A stretch of 64,000 bases of DNA. Source: a virus. Every line of letters begins with the position of its first letter. Positions within the stretch are counted from its first letter, which is position 1. Positions 57,711 to 64,000 of the stretch are shown piece after piece. The DNA lies in IMG/VR virus record IMGVR_UViG_3300012942_000043, positions 7,897 to 71,896 of that record. The stretch is one strand, 5' to 3'. The translations under genes and the position numbers were made by a program. The notes beneath the pieces were generated by a model that made no database searches, was not told where the DNA came from, and saw nothing but the letters and a program-made list of their open reading frames with translations.

Positions 57711-58676
57711 ATGCCAGCTACCGACACCATAACTCTCCGCACTAGGATTGCGGAACAGATGCAGTCTGAGACGTTCCGCACCTACGTGGACTACCAGGCT
57801 GAGGCCGATCCTACGATCATTGCGACGCACTCCGCTTCGCGCTATCGCTTTCAGGCGTTCGAGTCGGCCATGGCGCTGGCTGAGAACTACTACGTCCACC
57901 CGGATATGCAGACGCTCATCCAGGCGGCTGCCGAATCTTTTCCGGAGGACGAGGTCATCCTCAAGTCGGACCAACCGTCCGAAGCGGGGTTCATCTACTA
58001 CCCGAACAAGATCCGCATCTTGGACCTGCGCCATCGAGTGATGACGATCAATTCCATTCTCTGGTGGAACGACCGCATTTGGGCATTCGGTGACACCAAA
58101 GACCCGGAGGATGAAGTCTGGCAGATGAAGTGGTCTGAGGAGCCACCCTTCCGCTACGACATCGTCATGATGCAGGGGTTCAAGTACGAGCGTCGCATGC
58201 CGCTGATGGTGACCATGGGTAAGGGTATGCTGTCTCCTGACTCCGAGGTTGAAATCAAGGTTGAGCAGGGGCGGATTAGCTTCTGGTCTGATGAGGCGTT
58301 GGATGTGAACAACATCCACCAGGCACCATCACCGATTCTCAAGGTCTTGCTGTCCACTTGGCGGTTGATGCAGCAGACCATCACCACACTAGACCGCGAA
58401 GAAAAACACCCCAAGCCAGCGATGCGATACGCGGCTCGGGCCAAGGTCCCCACCGGAGTCACCGTGATCGCTCTGCGGCGGTCTGAGGGCCGGGAACCGA
58501 CCAGTTCTGGCACCCCGCTGACCTATCGGCAGCTGGTACGCGGCCACTGGCGGCGGGTGTGGTGCGGTCCTGCTGATAACCGCTATCAGCGAGCGGTGTA
58601 CATCCACTCGTTCATCCGTGGTCCGGAAGATGCTTCGCTGATTATCACTGACAAGGTGAACGCGCTCGTCCGATAG
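57711..58676 (+). CDS. Phage hypothetical protein with RGHWR motif
   Basis: VRGHWRRVWCG...IHSFIRGP. Confidence 0.8.
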   Translation: MPATDTITLRTRIAEQMQSETFRTYVDYQAEADPTIIATHSASRYRFQAFESAMALAENYYVHPDMQTLIQAAAESFPEDEVILKSDQPSEAGFIYYPNKIRILDLRHRVMTINSILWWNDRIWAFGDTKDPEDEVWQMKWSEEPPFRYDIVMMQGFKYERRMPLMVTMGKGMLSPDSEVEIKVEQGRISFWSDEALDVNNIHQAPSPILKVLLSTWRLMQQTITTLDREEKHPKPAMRYAARAKVPTGVTVIALRRSEGREPTSSGTPLTYRQLVRGHWRRVWCGPADNRYQRAVYIHSFIRGPEDASLIITDKVNALVR

Positions 58677-58741
58677 TAGGTTGCGCCGCCGACTTGAGCG
58701 ATGATTGTTGCAGTATCAATGACTGTAACCAGGGAGTCAGC

Positions 58742-59086
58742 ATGCTCAACGTCGGTACGATGCAGGTAGGCGCAGCGGCTATGGCTGCTGCCATCGATCA
58801 CGCTACGCTTCACACCGCTCAGCCGGATGCCAGCGGATCGAACCGTTCGTCAGCTTCGCCGGTTACCATCGAGCCGACTGCAACCAATGGAGCCATTTCG
58901 GTTGCTTCAACCGACTTCGTTGGTGGTGAGGCAAGCGGTCCTTGCACTCACATCGGATTCTGGGACGGCGAACCTGACGGCGGCGGCACCTTCCGTGGTT
59001 GGGAGGCGCTCACTGGAGATCTCGTGTTCAACAGTTCTGGTGAGATCACAGTGACCAGCGTGACCATCAGCAATAACGCAGCTTGA
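58742..59086 (+). CDS. Small virion fibre/adaptor-like protein
   Basis: LHTAQP...THIGFWD...GTF...LTGD..FN; AGGGAG RBS. Confidence 0.7.
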   Translation: MLNVGTMQVGAAAMAAAIDHATLHTAQPDASGSNRSSASPVTIEPTATNGAISVASTDFVGGEASGPCTHIGFWDGEPDGGGTFRGWEALTGDLVFNSSGEITVTSVTISNNAA

Positions 59087-59135
59087 TCCAAGCATTGAAC
59101 TGCGTTATCTGCAAGGTGACTAGAAGGGTGTAACC

Positions 59136-62100
59136 GTGGCGGTCGCATTCCGGTCGTCGCAGTTTTCGTCCTACGCGACGGGGACGTCAGTCACGTTCTC
59201 TGCGCTGTCAGGGTTGGCTGCTGGTGATCTGATCGTCGCCTACTTCTACACCGGGGCGGCGAAGACAGTCACGCCACCATCTGGGTTTGCGCAGCTTCGT
59301 CCACCAGTGACGATGACTGGAGCAGCATCATCTTATCGGGTGTACTCTTACTACAAGATAGCGTCCGGTTCCGAAGGATCGCTATCGTTCACCTGGTCGG
59401 GGTCAACAGATCACAACGGTTTGCTCTTCGCATATTCAGGTGTAGACTCCAGCACACCTTTTGATGTCGCCACTACCAGCGCAGCAGGATCCTCGTCATC
59501 TATGACTGCTGCAGGGCTCACCACTGTTACACCAAATGCTACGTTGGTGTGGGCTGGAGTCGATTGGGGTGAGTTCACCGGCTCAGAGTCTGCCACCTCA
59601 GGGTTTACGTGGCGCTACCATGGTGCTTCTGACCTCGCATTGCAGGATGCTGTTCAGGCCACTCCAGGAGCTACTGGCAGTAAGTCGGTAGCGATCACTT
59701 CAGCACCGTGGGTGACGTTCTTACTAGCGTTACGCCCTGCGGATACCTCTTCGCTGCCGTCAGCACCAGGCGGTTTGGCAGTCGCTGGTCAAGACCACAC
59801 TCTTAACATTTCGTTCGATGAAGTAGCTGGTGCTGACTCGTATGCGGTGCAGTGGCGACGTACTGATCTCGTCCCGCCCGCGAGCACCACGCAGTCCTCG
59901 GCGCCCTCCTACCTTGACCGGATGGACCAAACCACCGGGACGGACGGGACGTACAGCTACACCTACGACGGTTCCGACGTCCGGATCTACTTCATCAATG
60001 GTGGTATTGATCCATCTTTAGCAAGTAACAATGAACTCGACGGGCGTACCGCACCGGGGTTCTCGCTCGCGGGCACTGCTTACGACTCGGACCCGGAACC
60101 GCACGGCACGCAGTGCGCGGTGCGGGCGGTCGGCTCGGTGAACGGTGTAGCGAAAGGCGCGACGGCCGTCAGCGTCAACATCTGGGGCGACTCTAGCGCG
60201 CACCTGGACCAGTTCTCCGGCGCTTCATTGGAGACTTGTGTTGACTGGATTCTGTCCGACGCTGCCGGTCACACAGCGGTGGTGGACTGCTCCTACGGAC
60301 TCGCTGGGCTACAACTCGGTGGCACTGATGATCCTGCTGTGCAGACTCAGCTGGCGCGGCTGCTAGATGCTGGCATCCCGGTCCAGATTGCTCTGTTCAA
60401 CGATGGAAATGACATCACTTCCAACTTGACAGAAGCTGATCCTCGCATTAACTGGATTGGCTACACCGACACTAACGGAACATGTCAGTCGAATTACGCT
60501 GATCAGGCGACGATCTACGCTCCGTCGGGATTCTTCTCTTCTGGTGCTACCGCTTACGCGAGCGGCGTTGTAGCGAAGATCAAGCAGGCCAACCCAGCCC
60601 TGTCGCCCGCCCGGATCAAGGAGGTTCTCCAGTCCCAAGCGTATGACGTCGTGACCGGCGTGACCGCCTTCAACGGAATGTTGAACGCGAATTCGCAAAC
60701 CAGCGAGTGGTCATCAATAGATCCAAGCAATTCTGCTTCTCTCACCCTAGACGGTCTAGACTCGGCCAACTACGAGATCCGAGTGGCGACGGTGTCTGGC
60801 GGTACACAGTCAGACTGGTCAGAAGCTGTCGCTGCTACAACCTCAACCACAGTAGTAGAGCCCAGCGGTGTAACACTTCTAGGTGCTTACTCGTTTGCCA
60901 ACTCGTCTGATGTTGGTCATGATGATTCAGGCAATGGCCTAGACTTAACAATCCTAAATGGAACCTACAGTGCTGAACCAGCACTAGTTTGTGCTCCCGG
61001 ACCAGCAGCATCAGTTATTCCATTTACATCTGAACCAACTGATGGCTTCACTGTTATGACTTGGGCGAAGTGGGATAGTCGCGGTAATGGAAACGTTTGC
61101 TTCTTCGGCTGGTGGGACACTTCTGCTGATGTTGGAGTAGCTGCGGCAGCTGTTGACTACGGTGCCTCAGCGATGATCTGGACGCCGACCAGCGTTGATA
61201 GCGGTACTGCTTCTGTCAGCATTAACACTGATCATCATATAGCGCTCACTTATGCTTCAGATGGTAGTGCTGAAATGTTCATCGATGGCACAAGCGTGCT
61301 AACAGCACCTGGTCCGTACGTTCCACAGCTTGGACGTACGTGGCTCTTTGGTGAAGATCTGTTGACGACCGATGCTCCTATGTACGGTCAGTTCCAGAAC
61401 TCTCGTTTCTATTTAGGTGTGCTAACACCTGAGCAGATCACGACTTGCATGAACACAGACGTAGCAACTGCTGCCGATCCGCTCGGCGGTGGAACTCCTG
61501 TAACTGAGACTAATGCTTCTGCTGAAGACAGCATCACATGGTCTGGATCAGCTACAGCACGCACCACCATGTCTGCATCTTCTTCGGAAGATTACATTTG
61601 GTCTGGTGAAGCAGCTGCTCATGTCAATGTAGTGGCAGAGGTTGCAACAGAATACAAGTGGTCTGGAGTAATATCTGCACGCACTCAGATGAACGCTGCA
61701 TCTTCTGATAGTCGCGTGTGGTCTGGCGATGCCTCGGCCCTCACGCATATGAAGGCTGAAGCTGACGCTGTTTACACCTGGTCTGGCGAAGCCGTAGCAG
61801 GTAAAACTGCTATCGTCATGGCTGATAGCATTATCACATGGTCTGGTGAAGCCTCCAGTCATGTTCACATGAAAGTCTTGGTTGACAACGTATATGAGTG
61901 GAGCGGCGAAGCAGTAGTACTGTCTGATTCGAATGCTCAGGCTTTGGTTAGCTACGTGTGGTCTGGGGAAGTAGTAGCGCGGACTCACATGAAGGCGGAA
62001 TCTTCTGACACTTACGCGTGGTCCGGAGAAGCATTAGCTGGTGAAGTTGAAGTAGCCTCTGCTGAAGCTACCATTACATGGTCTGGCGAGGCTATCAGTA

Positions 62101-62354
62101 GAACTGGCATGGATAGCTCATCACATCCTGAGTACATCTGGAGTGGTGAAGCTTTCTCAGCATCTCATTATCTAGCGAGCGTTGTTGGTCAGATCGCCTG
62201 GATGGGTCTGGCCATCAGTGACAATGGTGAAAAGCCAACCAGCATTACTGTTGTCATCAAAGAAGTGGAACGTACTTCTAGCATTAGTGAAATAGAACGA
62301 ACTGTTACTATTGGTGAGGTGCCACGCACCATTTCGATCAAGGAGATCTCGTGA
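59136..62354 (+). CDS. Multidomain virion protein: lectin-like domain, FN3 split by an S8 subtilase-like domain, LamG, 20-aa repeats
   Basis: LDRMDQ, HGTQCA, FNDG, NPALSPARIK; HHIALTY...MFIDG; WSGEA repeats. Confidence 0.8.
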   Translation: MAVAFRSSQFSSYATGTSVTFSALSGLAAGDLIVAYFYTGAAKTVTPPSGFAQLRPPVTMTGAASSYRVYSYYKIASGSEGSLSFTWSGSTDHNGLLFAYSGVDSSTPFDVATTSAAGSSSSMTAAGLTTVTPNATLVWAGVDWGEFTGSESATSGFTWRYHGASDLALQDAVQATPGATGSKSVAITSAPWVTFLLALRPADTSSLPSAPGGLAVAGQDHTLNISFDEVAGADSYAVQWRRTDLVPPASTTQSSAPSYLDRMDQTTGTDGTYSYTYDGSDVRIYFINGGIDPSLASNNELDGRTAPGFSLAGTAYDSDPEPHGTQCAVRAVGSVNGVAKGATAVSVNIWGDSSAHLDQFSGASLETCVDWILSDAAGHTAVVDCSYGLAGLQLGGTDDPAVQTQLARLLDAGIPVQIALFNDGNDITSNLTEADPRINWIGYTDTNGTCQSNYADQATIYAPSGFFSSGATAYASGVVAKIKQANPALSPARIKEVLQSQAYDVVTGVTAFNGMLNANSQTSEWSSIDPSNSASLTLDGLDSANYEIRVATVSGGTQSDWSEAVAATTSTTVVEPSGVTLLGAYSFANSSDVGHDDSGNGLDLTILNGTYSAEPALVCAPGPAASVIPFTSEPTDGFTVMTWAKWDSRGNGNVCFFGWWDTSADVGVAAAAVDYGASAMIWTPTSVDSGTASVSINTDHHIALTYASDGSAEMFIDGTSVLTAPGPYVPQLGRTWLFGEDLLTTDAPMYGQFQNSRFYLGVLTPEQITTCMNTDVATAADPLGGGTPVTETNASAEDSITWSGSATARTTMSASSSEDYIWSGEAAAHVNVVAEVATEYKWSGVISARTQMNAASSDSRVWSGDASALTHMKAEADAVYTWSGEAVAGKTAIVMADSIITWSGEASSHVHMKVLVDNVYEWSGEAVVLSDSNAQALVSYVWSGEVVARTHMKAESSDTYAWSGEALAGEVEVASAEATITWSGEAISRTGMDSSSHPEYIWSGEAFSASHYLASVVGQIAWMGLAISDNGEKPTSITVVIKEVERTSSISEIERTVTIGEVPRTISIKEIS
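61515..62215 (+). repeat. 12 x 60-nt (20-aa) coding tandem repeat
   Basis: TGG TCT GG core recurring exactly every 60 nt from 61539 to 62199. Confidence 0.9.
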
Positions 62355-62647
62355 GACTCAATCGTGCAGGTCGTGGTGAGTACTCACTCAGCATCGATTT
62401 GAATCCGCCCATCGCTGGCACTTGGCAAGCATCGTTCGACGGTGGTGTCACCTGGATAGATGGCGTTCCATCTAGCGGTGTGTGGTCTTGGTTGGTAGCC
62501 GGTCCTGACTTCGACGCTGAAGACGTCGGTATGGACCCGGCCGCCACCAAAGCGGTCATCTCTTCTTCGGTAATTCCACTGTTGCGGATTGCCAACAATC
62601 CAATACTTGATGTCGAATACGGCTACTTGATCAACCTGGTGGATTGA
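62351..62647 (+). CDS. Small virion-associated protein
   Basis: GTGA overlap; SFDGGVTW. Confidence 0.65.
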   Translation: MRLNRAGRGEYSLSIDLNPPIAGTWQASFDGGVTWIDGVPSSGVWSWLVAGPDFDAEDVGMDPAATKAVISSSVIPLLRIANNPILDVEYGYLINLVD

Positions 62648-62677
62648 TCTGACAGTTCGCATCATGAGCGGCTGTTA

Positions 62678-62854
62678 ATGGAAGATTGTGGTATGTCACG
62701 CCAATCAGAGGTGCGCTACTGCGCCAACCCTGATTGTGGCAAACGGTTGTCTCGCTATAACACCGGGGTGTACTGTTACTCATGTGACAGTCCGCACGAT
62801 GTTATCAAGTTCAAGATGCCGAACGAGAAACATCAACCTAGGAGCACACCATGA
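62678..62854 (+). CDS. Small zinc-finger protein, not in the ORF track
   Basis: CANPDCGKRLSRYN...CYSC; ATGA overlap with the lysin gene. Confidence 0.55.
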   Translation: MEDCGMSRQSEVRYCANPDCGKRLSRYNTGVYCYSCDSPHDVIKFKMPNEKHQPRSTP

Positions 62855-63990
62855 CTTTGGCAGTAGGAACCGTACTGCTCGACAGTGCCAGTAGTATCGA
62901 TCCGCAGAAGGCGCACGCAGAAGGTGCACGCGGACAGTTCCGCTACAGCTCTGGGGCTGGCAACAACCAGAGCGCTACGCAGTGGAAGCTGACCAACCCT
63001 GGTGAGATCAACAAGATCGCGAACACCGGATCGTTGTTCATTGCGAACTCGGAGTGGTACGAGACGCGCATCACCGAAGGTGCAGCTGCTGGTGCAGCGG
63101 ACGGTGCTGCTGACTTGGCGTTCTGGAAGTCACGCGGACTGTCGAAGGGTTCCTCTCTGTACGTCAGCTGGGATGCGGCTCCGTCGCCGTCCAAGTACGC
63201 GGGCGTCGAAGCGTACCTGCGAGCCTACAACAAGGCGCTGGACGGCTACTACGTCAATGACGGTCTGTACGCTGGTATTCCGGCGCTGGTCCACTTCAGT
63301 CAGTTGGGCCTCATCAAGCACGGTTGGATTCCGGAAGGCGCTTCCTGGTCTGTGACGAAGCAGAACCTGAGCAGCCTTGGCATTAGTGCACCACCTGCGG
63401 TGACCACCTGGGATCTGTGGTTCCCGACCAAGTCTCAGATCGCTCCGGCCATGAAGTTCCTTCTCGCACAGCTGCACGGTCACAAGCTGGTTAGCTGCGT
63501 GTGGCAGAACGGCAACAAGTGGTTCAGTAACTCAGCTGACGAGAACGTAGTGCTCATCTCTGGTCCACTGGGAGCGCACAACGAGACAAGCACTGTCACG
63601 GCTCCTTCCAGCAGCAGTGAGCACAAGACAACCACGAAGCCTCATGCACCCACAACGAAGCCTGACCCCCATGGCCCGATGCACGGTCACGCGGTACCTC
63701 GCATCATCGCTCGTGGCACCAATGACTACTTCGGACTTATCTCGGGTCCGAAGGAGTCGCACGGTGGATACCATGCCAACGAAAAGCCGTATATCAAGTT
63801 GATCCAGCAGCAGCTGATCTACATGGGGTACGTGCCGGGTGTCCATGACATCCACTCCGGCTGGGCTGACGGGGTGTTCGAGCAGCCCACCAAGGATGCC
63901 GTCACGCGGTTCCAGAAGGCGCACATGCCTGGTACGACGTACTGGGGTCAGGTCTGGTTTGACGACTGGGCCAAGCTCGCCAGCTTCTAA
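62851..63990 (+). CDS. Endolysin: DUF1906/GH25-like glycoside hydrolase plus peptidoglycan-binding domain
   Basis: FRYS, KLT..E, YVSWD, GLYAG, DEN; WADGVF..PTKDAVTRFQ. Confidence 0.85.
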   Translation: MTLAVGTVLLDSASSIDPQKAHAEGARGQFRYSSGAGNNQSATQWKLTNPGEINKIANTGSLFIANSEWYETRITEGAAAGAADGAADLAFWKSRGLSKGSSLYVSWDAAPSPSKYAGVEAYLRAYNKALDGYYVNDGLYAGIPALVHFSQLGLIKHGWIPEGASWSVTKQNLSSLGISAPPAVTTWDLWFPTKSQIAPAMKFLLAQLHGHKLVSCVWQNGNKWFSNSADENVVLISGPLGAHNETSTVTAPSSSSEHKTTTKPHAPTTKPDPHGPMHGHAVPRIIARGTNDYFGLISGPKESHGGYHANEKPYIKLIQQQLIYMGYVPGVHDIHSGWADGVFEQPTKDAVTRFQKAHMPGTTYWGQVWFDDWAKLASF

Positions 63991-64000
63991 CAGAAAGGCA

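Noticed and set aside
61515..62215. CRISPR-like 60-nt periodicity, with a Cas4-like gene in the genome
   Set aside because: The conserved core is only ~8-12 nt, in frame, and varies synonymously (TCT/AGC/TCC/AGT), so it is a protein repeat. Solo Cas4-like nucleases are common in phages and no cas operon is present.
1..64000. Alternative genetic code or stop-codon readthrough
   Set aside because: Core genes are full length under code 11 and all three stop codons terminate genes.

Overview
This window holds most of the genome of a tailed dsDNA phage, most likely a siphovirus. Two WhiB proteins, an Lsr2-like domain and a DUF1906 endolysin point to an Actinomycetota host, and no integrase or repressor is visible. 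Layout: small genes (1-2.3 kb); terminase, two paralogous fibre genes, portal, protease/scaffold, capsid, neck, tail, tape measure, tail fibre and holin-like genes (2.3-30.5 kb, +); a leftward arm with a histone-like protein, an FkbM methyltransferase and an intein-containing SNF2 helicase (30.7-37.6 kb, -); a structured non-coding divergence point (37.65-38.25 kb); a rightward replication and nucleotide arm with DnaB, primase, sigma-like protein, SSB, dNMP kinase, a thymidylate-synthase-like enzyme, DnaE, RecA, dCMP deaminase, a Cas4-like nuclease, a HAD phosphatase and RuvC (38.3-58.7 kb); then a second structural module and the endolysin (58.7-64 kb). The most notable signals are: (1) an Lsr2-like oligomerisation domain fused to an RNA polymerase alpha-CTD-like domain, alongside a sigma2-only sigma factor; (2) a possible 5-hydroxymethyluracil DNA substitution pathway; (3) a degenerate subtilase inserted inside an FN3 domain of a virion protein; (4) an overprinted basic ORF and an internal scaffold start within the protease gene; (5) a prfB-like +1 frameshift; (6) stop codons doubling as -10 promoter boxes for leaderless genes; (7) a class 3 intein; (8) two hairpin-dense non-coding loci sharing a motif. 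All family calls come from motif recognition by eye; no database searches were run.
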